Source: a virus
Lineage: Duplodnaviria; Caudoviricetes
Strand: one strand, 5' to 3'
Virus record (IMG/VR): IMGVR_UViG_3300048998_000075
Coordinates: 1-44,518 of that record
DNA: 44,518 bases
Shown here piece after piece: positions 1-9,437 of the stretch. How positions within the stretch are numbered: position 1 is the first letter of the stretch; every line of letters begins with the position of its first letter. A model generated the notes under the pieces. That model was not told the DNA's origin and made no database searches. It worked only from the letters and a program-made list of their open reading frames with translations. The translations under genes and the position numbers were made by a program.

Positions 1-28
1 CCAGGTCCGGGCACCGCCGTAGAGGGGG

Positions 29-739
29 TCAGGCCCCGCGGGTGTAGGAAAGGCTGTTGCTGGCGCCGGTCGCGTTCGTCACCAGCACGACAGCCGAACC
101 GGCCGAACCGGCAGGCATCACCGCGACGATCGTGGAGTCCGACACGACGATCCAGGACGTCGCGTTGACGCCGCCGAACTTCACGCCGGTCGTCGCGACG
201 GTGCCGGTGAAGTGCTGCCCGGTGATCTTCACGATGCCGCCCACCGCGACAGCGGAAGGCGTTGCGGAGATCAGCACCGGGGCCAGCGCCGCGCTGTACG
301 GGTTGCTGATGGCCGTGATGGCGCCGTCGAGGGTGAACGTCGCCTGAATCTCCATCAGATCCGCGACACCCGTCTTCGACCGCTGAACCTCCACGATCGC
401 CCGCGCCGACCACGCATCAGACCCGCCGTCGTTGTCGTACCAGCGGACATACAGCCGCGCCGAATCACCGAACTGCGCGACACACGCCCGCACCAGCTCC
501 TGCGCCGGGTTCGGTGTCCCGCCGTTGCTGAGCGCGTTGTACTTCACCGTCAGCACCCCGGACTGCAAGGTGATCTCAGACGACGTGAACCCGCCGGTGT
601 CGACGTCGGTCGAGTCGACCTTGTTGGGGGTGATCTGCGGCGAGTTGTCGACACGGCCGGGCAGGTTCAGCCAGGTCGTGCCATCGGTCGAGACGTCGAC
701 CGAGATCGACCGGGCTAGCCGGCGAACATCTGTGGTCAT
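29..739 (-). CDS. major tail protein with C-terminal IPT/TIG (Ig-like) domain
   Basis: Follows the tail terminator; C-terminus VKITGQHFTG...GVKFGGVNATSWIVVSDSTIVAVMPAG is a typical IPT/TIG pattern. Confidence 0.9.
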   Translation of the reverse strand: MTTDVRRLARSISVDVSTDGTTWLNLPGRVDNSPQITPNKVDSTDVDTGGFTSSEITLQSGVLTVKYNALSNGGTPNPAQELVRACVAQFGDSARLYVRWYDNDGGSDAWSARAIVEVQRSKTGVADLMEIQATFTLDGAITAISNPYSAALAPVLISATPSAVAVGGIVKITGQHFTGTVATTGVKFGGVNATSWIVVSDSTIVAVMPAGSAGSAVVLVTNATGASNSLSYTRGA

Positions 740-820
740 TGCGGTGCCTCCTAGGCGTTGGTGCGGGCATTGTGAACTGCCCGCACCGGGGATCGGGGCG
801 GGACGAAAGGAGCGGCTGGG

Positions 821-1279
821 TTACGCGGGGCGGTTACTTGTGGCGGGGAGGTTCACGTCGCACGTGAAGTTCTGCGACTGCTCCCAGCGGCGATTCGAGT
901 CCTGCCCCATCGGCAGCGACGACACCCGCAAAATCTGCGACACCGTGACGGTGCCGTAAGTGACCGGGCCGAGGGATTGCAGGAGGTTGTAGATCTGATC
1001 GGAGAGGGTGTTGACGTCACGCGGATCGGCGGTGCCGCGGGTGCGTATCTGTAGCCGCATCTGCGTCCACGGGCGTCCCGCGTTATCACCCACGCTGTAG
1101 GCGGTGAGCACCACGGCACGGTCAGTTCCGGGCGGGGTTCCTTCAGACCCGGCAGGCATCAGCGAGAAATAGATCCCCGTCTGGCTCGTCGTGTACACGC
1201 CCGACGTGGAGTAGGTGGCGATCCCGGCAGCAGCGATAGCCGCCGCCACCCCGTCGAGCAGATCGTTCGTCGCGCTCAC
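821..1279 (-). CDS. tail terminator (minor capsid protein family)
   Basis: Synteny; LQIRTRG and LPMGQDSNRRWE motifs typical of actinophage tail terminators. Confidence 0.8.
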   Translation of the reverse strand: MSATNDLLDGVAAAIAAAGIATYSTSGVYTTSQTGIYFSLMPAGSEGTPPGTDRAVVLTAYSVGDNAGRPWTQMRLQIRTRGTADPRDVNTLSDQIYNLLQSLGPVTYGTVTVSQILRVSSLPMGQDSNRRWEQSQNFTCDVNLPATSNRPA

Positions 1280-1650
1280 TCCGACAACCCCGCCCGGATA
1301 CGGTCAGCCAGGATGCGGAGAACCTCATCCTTCTCCGACACCATCGGCTCCTCGAGGAACTTCGGCTGCCCGTCGTCGTGGTGAAGACCCATGTCCTCAT
1401 GCATCCGCCCAGCGATGCCGTCCCGAAAGCCGACGCGGGCCGTCACGTCATCCACCACATCCGCGTACCCCGAATCCCGCAGCGTGCCGGGGACTTCCTC
1501 CTTGTTGGCGCGCTGCGTATCGACCAGCAGCGGCGCCTTGCCCCGCGCTACTTCGAGGACGTGCTGCGCCGCGTCGTCCAACGCCTCACGGCTCACGTGG
1601 CCGGGCAGCAGACCGCCCAAGTGCAGGTTGCTCTTGACGCGGATCGTCAC
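1276..1650 (-). CDS. HK97 gp10-like neck/tail completion protein
   Basis: AP...GTLRDS, HEDMGLHHDDGQPKFLEEP motifs; synteny. Confidence 0.75.
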   Translation of the reverse strand: MTIRVKSNLHLGGLLPGHVSREALDDAAQHVLEVARGKAPLLVDTQRANKEEVPGTLRDSGYADVVDDVTARVGFRDGIAGRMHEDMGLHHDDGQPKFLEEPMVSEKDEVLRILADRIRAGLSE

Positions 1651-1973
1651 TTGAAACGCACCTCAACATGATCCGAACCGCGCGGACGAGGGGCCAGCTT
1701 CGGCTTCACCGTCGACACCCGGCCCGTGCCGTTGACCTTCGACTGCGGCGTGAACTGCCCAGCGACAGGCGGCACCGTGGGCAGCGTCGATGTTGCGGCG
1801 TAGACGATGTTGTCGGCGTTGATGACGAGCGTCGTGCCGCTGATCGTGACGTTCTGCGACCCGGTGACGTAGCAGGCCACGTTGACGGGGGCGGCGAAGT
1901 CGTCGCCGTACGGGCCGGTGCCGAGGTATGTCTCGACGGACACGGTTTGGGTGAACAGGCGGGCGATGTTCAC
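1647..1973 (-). CDS. head-to-tail stopper
   Basis: ETYLGTGPYGDDFAAPV motif; synteny; 4-bp overlaps with neighbours. Confidence 0.75.
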   Translation of the reverse strand: MNIARLFTQTVSVETYLGTGPYGDDFAAPVNVACYVTGSQNVTISGTTLVINADNIVYAATSTLPTVPPVAGQFTPQSKVNGTGRVSTVKPKLAPRPRGSDHVEVRFK

Positions 1974-2578
1974 TTGAACCGCACCAGCGCAGTGCCGGTG
2001 CCGAACCGGCCGCGTAGCCGCTGCCGCACGCTGTCGGGGATCGCGACAGGGGAGGGTGATTCGGTGCCTGCCGGGTGGACGTACGTCTCGGCCCAGTCAC
2101 CGAGCTTCGCGCCTGCGAGCCGCGCTGCTGCGCCGTAGTCGCCGTTCTGCCCGGCGGCCATCGCCACCAGCGAGCACGTCAGGTCAACGATGTCGGCGGG
2201 GATGATCGGGTAGCCGTGCGTGTACACGACAGTGACGACGGCGGGGGTTGTGAACCGTTGCCGGGTGAACAGCAGTTGGTTGCCGACGAGCCGCCATCCC
2301 GCGGAGTAGCAGCCGTTGGTCAGAACCGACAGGGGCATTAGTGCGCCCTCAACGGTCACAGACGCGACCGCAGAGACGGGGCCGCCCGGTAGGTCAAGTT
2401 CGCAACGGTCGTCCGTCACGAGGGCGACGGTGGACGCCGCGACAGTGATGGGACACCCGGCCGCTTCCCGCACGGAAGCGGACGCGGACGCCAGCAGCGT
2501 TGCCGAGTCCATTCCTGTGGGGACGGTGATGTTGCGGGCCGTGAGGTCGGCCGACGACGCGAGCGGTGCGAAAGCCAC
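1970..2578 (-). CDS. head-to-tail adaptor
   Basis: LASSADL...ASASVREAAGCPI...VYTHGYPIIPADIVDL; directly after the capsid gene; probable GTG start at 2578. Confidence 0.8.
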   Translation of the reverse strand: MAFAPLASSADLTARNITVPTGMDSATLLASASASVREAAGCPITVAASTVALVTDDRCELDLPGGPVSAVASVTVEGALMPLSVLTNGCYSAGWRLVGNQLLFTRQRFTTPAVVTVVYTHGYPIIPADIVDLTCSLVAMAAGQNGDYGAAARLAGAKLGDWAETYVHPAGTESPSPVAIPDSVRQRLRGRFGTGTALVRFK

Positions 2579-2651
2579 GCCGAACCCCAATCGTCAGAAG
2601 GAGAGATGGTGTCGGTGGGGGCAGGCTCGTGGCCCACCCCCACCGCGCGAA

Positions 2652-3701
2652 CTACGCGACCTTGACGCTGGAAACGACCAGCAGCTCCGGGCGGAGCACC
2701 TTCGCGCCGTACAGGTGCAGACCCTTGAGGGCGTCCGCGAACCGCTTCTGCGGGCGGAACGCCTCAACCTTGCTGATCTGCTCTGCGTACGACGTCGCCA
2801 GCGCGACGCCAGCGACCGCGACCTGACCGCCACCGGAGAGGGTGACCGTCACGGCAGCCGAAGCCGTCGAGTTGACGGACGACTGCGCGACCGAACCGTC
2901 AGCGTTGACGGAAGCGATCACCGACGCCGCACCCACACCAGTGCCGGCGATCGCGAGGCCGACGTCACCCTGGTTGAACTGGCCGGCGACACCCGTCAGC
3001 GACTTCGCACCGGACACGGTCGTGATGGCCGTGATGGCGCGGTTCGCCTGCGGGGCGTTGTTCGACTTGTAGATCGTGAACCCGGCAGCCTCACCGACGA
3101 CGCCGTTGTGCAAGGCGTTGGTGCCGGACTCGTTCTGCTTGATGAACCGGGCGTCGAGCTGCAACTTGCCGTACGCAGCCGGGTCGACGACGAGCCAGCG
3201 GCCATCGGTGGGGGCGTTGGCCTGGTCCAGCTTGACGCCAGCGGGCACGACGAGGAGGTCGTACACGTTGGTGGCCGTGGTCGCGTCCACGACACCCAGC
3301 GGGGCGGTGGACGCCTGCGCCATGCGCCTCACGACGAGCTGGTCCGCCTGGTCACGCAGACCGAACGCGGCACGACGAGCAGCCTCCGCCATCAGCGCGC
3401 CGCCCGAACGGGCCTGACGCATGTCGATGTCGTCGATCTCGAACGCGAACGCCTTCGCCTGGTCGATCAGCAACAGCTGCTCGGCGTCGGTCAACGTCTG
3501 GATGGTGAGGTCCGTGTCCTTCGTGTAGTCCACGATCGACACGTCGCTGATGGAGCCGATATGCACCGTGTCACCGAACGCGGAGATCTCACCCTCGTAG
3601 TTGCGGTTCACGCACGGCGAACCGGCGTAGACGAGGTTCTTGTCGAGGATCTGAAGCAGCTGCGCCGCCCAAACCTCGGGGATGAAGTTCGTGATTGCCA
3701 T
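2652..3701 (-). CDS. major capsid protein (P22 coat-like)
   Basis: MAITNFIPEVWAAQLL, NRNYEGEI..GDTVHI and KGLHLYGAKVLRPE motifs. Confidence 0.95.
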   Translation of the reverse strand: MAITNFIPEVWAAQLLQILDKNLVYAGSPCVNRNYEGEISAFGDTVHIGSISDVSIVDYTKDTDLTIQTLTDAEQLLLIDQAKAFAFEIDDIDMRQARSGGALMAEAARRAAFGLRDQADQLVVRRMAQASTAPLGVVDATTATNVYDLLVVPAGVKLDQANAPTDGRWLVVDPAAYGKLQLDARFIKQNESGTNALHNGVVGEAAGFTIYKSNNAPQANRAITAITTVSGAKSLTGVAGQFNQGDVGLAIAGTGVGAASVIASVNADGSVAQSSVNSTASAAVTVTLSGGGQVAVAGVALATSYAEQISKVEAFRPQKRFADALKGLHLYGAKVLRPELLVVSSVKVA

Positions 3702-3775
3702 TACGGCCGTTCCTTTCGGGCATGCCGTCTAGCCCCGTACGCGGCGCGCAGGGGCTAGATCGGGCGGGGGTCAGA

Positions 3776-4432
3776 TCAGGTGATGCCGAGAGCGTCGTTG
3801 AGCTCGCCCGCTACACGGGCACGCTCGATCTCGGGATAGTTGCCTTCCTTGGCGAGACGTTCAATGTCGGCCCTGGTCAACTGCGGCTTGCCCGCAGTGC
3901 CCTTCGGCCCACCATCTCCCGTGCCTTGGAAGCGTGGCTTCGGTTCACCTTGCGTGACCCCGAGGTACGGCCGTTCGGTAAGGAGATCGTCGAGTGCGTC
4001 GGCGATCGCCTTCACATCGACGGTCGCGCCGTCGATGAAGTCGTCAACCCGTGCGGCGAGGAACGCCCGCGCATCGTCCGGGTTCTGGAAGGTGCGGGCC
4101 GCTTTCGCCTCGAGCTTGTCGAGGGCGCGTTCCCGCAGAGCTTCGGTCTGTGTTTCGGTGCGGATCTGCTGGCGGATCGCTTCGAGGTCCGGCGGGGCGT
4201 CGTCTGCCGGCTTCGGCTTCTTAGCCGCAGCCACTTCGGCCTCGAGTTCCCGCATCCGCTGCTTCGAACGCCGCTCAAGGTCACGGTTCACCTTCTGCTG
4301 CGCCTTGAACTCCGCCTCCCAATCCTTCGGGGCCGGGTCGGCCGGGTCCGCTGGCGGTTCGTCTACGGGCGGATCGGTCGGCTCGCCGAGAAGGCCGTCA
4401 GGGTCCACGGGCTCAGTAACGGGTGCGGTCAT
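3776..4432 (-). CDS. capsid scaffolding protein
   Basis: Acidic Pro-rich N-terminus, coiled coil, RPYL...PRFQGTGDGG tail; lies between portal and capsid genes. Confidence 0.9.
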   Translation of the reverse strand: MTAPVTEPVDPDGLLGEPTDPPVDEPPADPADPAPKDWEAEFKAQQKVNRDLERRSKQRMRELEAEVAAAKKPKPADDAPPDLEAIRQQIRTETQTEALRERALDKLEAKAARTFQNPDDARAFLAARVDDFIDGATVDVKAIADALDDLLTERPYLGVTQGEPKPRFQGTGDGGPKGTAGKPQLTRADIERLAKEGNYPEIERARVAGELNDALGIT

Positions 4433-4457
4433 ACTGGCTCTCCTTGCGAGAGGTCGA

Positions 4458-6002
4458 CTACTCCGCCGGATTGCCCGGAGAAGGTGTAGCGGTAGGGGGC
4501 GCCGGGGGTGTTACACCGTCCGGCAGGACCATCTGATTGAGGCCGCGGGGGATCATCGCGCCGGGTGTGGCGGGGATCGGCTTCGCCGTCATCAGCAGGT
4601 CGTTTTCGTGTTCCGCCATCGTCATCACGCGTTCCACCTCGGCCGGCGGGAGGCCGTACCACTCAAGGAGGTAGCGGAGCGGCAGACCGGATGCGCGCCA
4701 CTTCTGGAACGCGTCGATCTTCTGGCTGAGGGAGCGGTATTGCGGGTCGGACCAGACGATCGTGCCCGTCCGGGCCTGCTGCGCACGGGCCTTGTCGCCT
4801 TGCGCGAGGGCGATACGCCGGTACAGCTCCCGTTGTGGGCGGGTGAAGTTCGTTTGCCGCTGAACCACCTTCGCCACCAGGCCCGTTTCAGCGACCGTGA
4901 GGGCTTCGGCGGCCATGTTCGCCATCTTCCCGATCAGGTAGTGCGGGGGGGTGCGGGTCTGCGCGGCTACGTGGTCGACGGCGAGGGAAATGACGGCGTT
5001 GAACTGGTCAAGGTTCGCTGCGGGCCAGGACGCGATCTTCGCGTGCTCGCCAGTGAGCCAGAGGATGCGATCCTTGCTCATCTTCTTGAGATCCGCTGGC
5101 TTGTCGCCGATCTGCTGACCGTCCGCGTCGAGAATGGGGATCTTCGGGAACTCCGCGCCCATCGCAACACGCTGCGGCAGCGAAGCGAAGTCCAAACCGT
5201 TGAACAGGTACGCCCACACGAGGTTGATCGCGTCCTGCATCGCCGCCACACCCGACAGATCGCTGATGGGGCGGTCATCGAGCAGGGACGTGTTGCGGAA
5301 TTCGACCATCGGGACGATGCCGAGGGGATTGGGGATCGGCCAGGTGTCGTCCTTCTCGCCCTGCCGCGCCTCCCAGTCGGCGTCTTCCCACGTCACTTGA
5401 CGGCGCGGATCGGCGTCGCGAGGTACGGACCACTTCCACTTCCACACCTGATCCGCGGTGTACAGCGTCAGGTGCCCGTTGCGGTCGTCCTCGAACCACG
5501 CCTTCGCCGCCGCCGTCGCTTCCCTGGTGTCGGGGTCGTAGGCGATGGTGCAGAACTCGGGGTGCTCGAACGTGACCCGCGGCGTCGTGTCGTCGCCAGG
5601 ATCGCCCCAGACGAGGCCGTACGACCGCCCAGCGGCCAAAGCGACCACGATGGCCTCACTGATGCCCCGCTGCGCGTCGTTCGCGTCCCAGACCCGCTGA
5701 AACTCACGATCCGCCTCGCGAGTGTCCTCACCGAGACGGATACCCAGCTGGTTCAACCGCTCCGCGCTCGCATCAATGACAGGAGCACACCAGTTGTCGT
5801 TGAAACCGTCGTACCGGCCAAGGTGATGCTCAGCGAACTCCGGTGACGCGAACCGCAGCTTGTGAACACCGCGGTAGTAGTCGAGGTAGCCGTGCAAACC
5901 CCGCGGGGAATGGCGGGGCTCGTCGACACCATGCGCGTACCGCTGCGTTTCGATCTTCTGCCACATGCGCTGCGCGAGGGCCAGGGCTTCGGACCTCTCC
6001 AT
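4458..6002 (-). CDS. portal protein (SPP1 gp6-like)
   Basis: LDYYRGVH..NWCAPVIDASAERL, PNPLGIVPMVEF; ATG at 6002 with GGAGG RBS. Confidence 0.95.
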   Translation of the reverse strand: MERSEALALAQRMWQKIETQRYAHGVDEPRHSPRGLHGYLDYYRGVHKLRFASPEFAEHHLGRYDGFNDNWCAPVIDASAERLNQLGIRLGEDTREADREFQRVWDANDAQRGISEAIVVALAAGRSYGLVWGDPGDDTTPRVTFEHPEFCTIAYDPDTREATAAAKAWFEDDRNGHLTLYTADQVWKWKWSVPRDADPRRQVTWEDADWEARQGEKDDTWPIPNPLGIVPMVEFRNTSLLDDRPISDLSGVAAMQDAINLVWAYLFNGLDFASLPQRVAMGAEFPKIPILDADGQQIGDKPADLKKMSKDRILWLTGEHAKIASWPAANLDQFNAVISLAVDHVAAQTRTPPHYLIGKMANMAAEALTVAETGLVAKVVQRQTNFTRPQRELYRRIALAQGDKARAQQARTGTIVWSDPQYRSLSQKIDAFQKWRASGLPLRYLLEWYGLPPAEVERVMTMAEHENDLLMTAKPIPATPGAMIPRGLNQMVLPDGVTPPAPPTATPSPGNPAE

Positions 6003-6012
6003 GGCCCTCCAA

Positions 6013-7650
6013 TCAGGCGGAGTAGAAGTAGTTCGTTGCGGTTGGGGTTGCCCAACCGTCAAGTAGCGCGTCTTCGCCGGCCTCATGCGCGAGCACGTCG
6101 GCCATCGCCATGTCGATCTTCTGGTGGTAGGCGCCGTGGGGCTTGCCGAGGATGTACCGCTCGCTCGGTTTCGCGATCTTCCGTGCGTTCCCGACGTGCA
6201 AGGTGGTGATTGGGCAGCCGTCGTGCGTCGATCGGCCCGTTGACAGGTCCGTGACACTCCGCAGCAGCGCTTCGTGCATCTTCGCTACCCGGTACGTCGC
6301 CCATTCGACGAAAACCTTGTCGCCGTATTTCAGCGCCCAGTCGCCGATCTCGGATTGCCAATCCCGAGGGTCGCAGTACGCCCGTTTCACCTTGAAACGG
6401 CGGCAAATCTCGTCCACCGCCGCATTCACCTCGCCGCGCGGGATGCTCCCGCCCCATTCGGCGGGGTTCCAGCACGTCGGACGCTTATCCGGCCCGTACG
6501 TCGGCGTGAACCGGTACCCGTCAATGGTCCGGAGCCGGATGCCGGTGTAGTCGTCGCTGTCGGAGCCGTCGAACCCGAGGCACACGGGCGTCCCATCGGC
6601 CACGATTCGGGCCGCAGCGCCGTCTTGGGGGCCGCGGGAGACCCACAGGTCGTCAGGCAGCCAAGTCCCGAGGCCTTGCACGAGCCGGTTGCCGTAGAAC
6701 CGTTCCGCTTGCGCCGGGTCCGTCTCGATCAGCTCAGCCGCTTCGGCCTCAATCGAGTCCAAATCGACGTGCTTCGACCCCTGGTAGGCGAATGCGTGGA
6801 TCTTCCGCCGATCCGCCTTGTTCAAGTACGACCCGAGCGACGCCGGGGTCTCCCGGAAGAACTTGAAAATGTCCGGGCGCCGCGACTCATGCGTCTGCTG
6901 CGCCACACTGTTCTCAGCCGGATCCCACGGGTTCGTCGTCTCCTGCGACCGGCCACCCATACCAGCCAGTCCACGGCGCTGCACCTGGGCGACGTTCAGC
7001 ATCCCGTTGGTCTTCGTGTACAGCCCGGTCTCGTCCTGAGCGACATAGGTGACAGGCGCACCCAGCTTCGACTGCGCCGCCGACGTCACCGGATCAATCC
7101 GGCCACGGTCACCGATGCGAATGAACCCCTCGCCGACCTTCATCTGCTCGTCGAGCGGCCCGCGGCGGATCATCGACTGCAACGGCCGGTAAATGTTGTC
7201 GGTCTGCTCGATCGACGTCGCCAACAGTTGGATCAGCGGGGTCGCCCACGGCGCACCCATCGGCTCGCCCGGCTCATACGCGTAACCCCAACCGCAGGAA
7301 CATCCGTGGTCGGCGCAGTCGTACGCCTCCCCACCCTCAGCCCAGCCGTCGAACAGCGCCGGACCGACCGCCTCGAGACAGATCGTCGCCGCAGACCCCG
7401 GACCCTTACCCGTCTTCTGCGGCGCGACGATCTGAGAACGCCTGTTGTGGAACGCCGTCCCGAGCTGCCCAGCCTTCGCCTCAGGCTTCACCCGGTAATG
7501 GTTCGCGGTGCAGAACTGCTGCCAGTCGTACATGTGGAACGGGTCGCCCATACGGCGCCCATCAGGGATGACGACGTGCCGCGGAATCCACGCCAACGCC
7601 ACCCAAAGCGTCGGGAAGTCGACGACGTAGCTATCAGGCTCCCTTGCCAC
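6013..7650 (-). CDS. terL: terminase large subunit
   Basis: Walker A-like PQKTGKG, Walker B-like VAQDE, nuclease LGFDGS and KIDMAMA motifs. Confidence 0.95.
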   Translation of the reverse strand: MAREPDSYVVDFPTLWVALAWIPRHVVIPDGRRMGDPFHMYDWQQFCTANHYRVKPEAKAGQLGTAFHNRRSQIVAPQKTGKGPGSAATICLEAVGPALFDGWAEGGEAYDCADHGCSCGWGYAYEPGEPMGAPWATPLIQLLATSIEQTDNIYRPLQSMIRRGPLDEQMKVGEGFIRIGDRGRIDPVTSAAQSKLGAPVTYVAQDETGLYTKTNGMLNVAQVQRRGLAGMGGRSQETTNPWDPAENSVAQQTHESRRPDIFKFFRETPASLGSYLNKADRRKIHAFAYQGSKHVDLDSIEAEAAELIETDPAQAERFYGNRLVQGLGTWLPDDLWVSRGPQDGAAARIVADGTPVCLGFDGSDSDDYTGIRLRTIDGYRFTPTYGPDKRPTCWNPAEWGGSIPRGEVNAAVDEICRRFKVKRAYCDPRDWQSEIGDWALKYGDKVFVEWATYRVAKMHEALLRSVTDLSTGRSTHDGCPITTLHVGNARKIAKPSERYILGKPHGAYHQKIDMAMADVLAHEAGEDALLDGWATPTATNYFYSA

Positions 7651-8101
7651 CGTCGATGACCTTAAGATCAGTCTTCGTCGTCGCCCGCGACTCCCGTTGC
7701 GGTGCCTGCCGCTGCTCCACCGGCTCGACGTCGATCACATACCCGGCAGCCTTCAACGACGGGGCAGTCAGGCCGAGGACCGAAAGGAACGACTGCGTAG
7801 CCTTCCGGTTCTCGGCCGAGTTCTTCGGCGACGACGACTCGCAGAACTGCCGCACGAACAGCGCGACAACCTCCACCATCGCGTGATCCAGCCAGTACCG
7901 GGCTTGGGGCTTACGCCAGTACCGCGCCCACATCGCCGTTTCGGCGTCGGACTGCTCGCCTAGCGGCCACTCAGGGGCCGGCTCGTCCCGCTCACCCGCC
8001 GGCAGCACGATCAGCCCGGACGTGTCCTTACGCCGCGACGTATCCAGCGCATTCGGGTCTTGCCGGCGGCCAGCACCGGGCCGAGCACCACCGCTAGGCA
8101 T
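7634..8101 (-). CDS. terS: terminase small subunit
   Basis: MPSGGARPGAGR..DPNAL, PEWPL, WRKPQA, LGLT motifs; directly upstream of terL. Confidence 0.85.
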   Translation of the reverse strand: MPSGGARPGAGRRQDPNALDTSRRKDTSGLIVLPAGERDEPAPEWPLGEQSDAETAMWARYWRKPQARYWLDHAMVEVVALFVRQFCESSSPKNSAENRKATQSFLSVLGLTAPSLKAAGYVIDVEPVEQRQAPQRESRATTKTDLKVIDGGKGA

Positions 8102-8194
8102 CGAAAATCACTCCTCAGCAGCCCGTTGCGGGCGCGTCAGACGCCGAACCGCCTTGCGCGGCCCGGTCAAGTTTGAAACTGCGGCACCAACGAG

Positions 8195-8250
8195 AAGCCC
8201 CCTGCGCGGTCGCGCTCCCCGTGTTGGTGTAGGGGTCACCCCCCACCCCT
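8195..8250. other. candidate cos packaging site region
   Basis: Intergenic between HNH and terS; G-run GGGGTGGGGGGTGACCCC followed by GACCGCGCAGGGGGC on the minus strand. Confidence 0.5.
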
Positions 8251-8280
8251 ATGGGCGTCAGGTGGATGCTGCGGGGTATG

Positions 8281-8631
8281 TCAGGCGTGCCAGCCGCCTG
8301 GTTGGTGTTGGGCTGTGGCTCGGTCGTGGCAGGGCTTGCAGAGGCCGCGTCCGTGCTGTGGTGCGTTGGGATCTAGGTGTTGGTCGATGAGGTCGCGTCT
8401 GCTGGTGGGCCAGTGGTCTGCGACGGTGGCCCATGCTGCACGGCAGAGGACGCACACCGGGTCTCTGGCTAGGACTGCGGTGCGGAAGGTGCGGTGTCCT
8501 GTGCCTGTGTAGCCACGCTCAGTGCTGGTGCCTCTGGCTCGGTCAGCGGTGCGTTGGCATCCGGTGCATGTGCGTGTGCCGGCTGGTATGACGGCAGGGC
8601 AGCGGGAGCAGGTACGTGCTGCGCGGGGCAT
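8281..8631 (-). CDS. HNH endonuclease (packaging-associated)
   Basis: CVLC...ATVADH...GRGLCKPCHDRAT; adjacent to terS. Confidence 0.85.
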   Translation of the reverse strand: MPRAARTCSRCPAVIPAGTRTCTGCQRTADRARGTSTERGYTGTGHRTFRTAVLARDPVCVLCRAAWATVADHWPTSRRDLIDQHLDPNAPQHGRGLCKPCHDRATAQHQPGGWHA

Positions 8632-8676
8632 CTACCACCACCAGTCGGTGCGCATCGCAGCCATCCCTTCGGTGGG

Positions 8677-8913
8677 TCAGTCGCGCCACGGCCACGTCGT
8701 ACCGCAGCGCCCGCAGATGGGGCCGTTGGGTTGCCCGGCTTGGCTCATCCAGTGCTTCGCCCGCCAGCAGCGCCAGTGTTTGCGTGCGTCCTGCGTCTCC
8801 GTTACCGCTACGTCTAGCACGTACAGCAGCGACGAGACGACAGCAGTGAGGAGACGGTCTGTGCGTGTGCGGGGTGGCAGCAGCGCCGGGGAAGTACGCT
8901 GCCGCCACCGCAT
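8677..8913 (-). CDS. hypothetical protein (Cys/His motif)
   Basis: ORF packed between neighbours; CxxxxH...CGRC. Confidence 0.5.
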   Translation of the reverse strand: MRWRQRTSPALLPPRTRTDRLLTAVVSSLLYVLDVAVTETQDARKHWRCWRAKHWMSQAGQPNGPICGRCGTTWPWRD

Positions 8914-8916
8914 CGC

Positions 8917-9204
8917 TTACTCGAGTCCGCCGAGCCGCTTGGCGGCCATGCTGATCGCGCGGGTCGTTGCTTCCTCGTCGCGGGGGTAGTGGACATTCAC
9001 GCTGATGCCCTGCACTGTCGACTGCGGGGCGTCGTCGCGTAGCACTGAGATGACGTGCTGCGCGGACACCATGTAGACCACCTTGTGGTCAGCGTCCTTG
9101 AACTCGACGAACGAGAACGGGCCGTCACAGTTGACCTTGAAGTAGTCGGCGGTGACGTGATCGGCGAGCGCGCTCATGTTGGTGCTGATGGTCCATTCGG
9201 GCAT
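8917..9204 (-). CDS. hypothetical protein
   Basis: Strong AAAGGAG RBS; plausible globular sequence. Confidence 0.75.
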   Translation of the reverse strand: MPEWTISTNMSALADHVTADYFKVNCDGPFSFVEFKDADHKVVYMVSAQHVISVLRDDAPQSTVQGISVNVHYPRDEEATTRAISMAAKRLGGLE

Positions 9205-9437
9205 GGTGGTTCTCCTTTGGTGGTGGTGATCGGTGGTGAGCCGCCCTCGGATGGGGCGGACGTGTAGGGGTTGGCCGTCAGGTTTGGGTGTGCAGCCACC
9301 GCTCGAACGTCTCGTTGCACAGCACGACAGGTGACTGCTTCTCCCGCAACAGGGCGATAACCGCCCTTGGTGTTAATGGAAGGTATATGTGCCACTTTCT
9401 CGCTTAGTGGCGAGTAGGTTTGCCATTACGGCAACCC

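Noticed and set aside
6003-6257. N-terminal extension of the portal ORF
   Set aside because: Overlaps terL; a good RBS and ATG exist at 6002
2316-7659. Long plus-strand ORFs (480, 668 and 461 aa) and similar ones elsewhere
   Set aside because: Antisense shadows of real genes in high-GC DNA, with no recognisable motifs
9205-9437. Lower-GC gap with several small hairpins and a 73-aa ORF
   Set aside because: No promoter or RBS support; cannot distinguish it from a gene remnant
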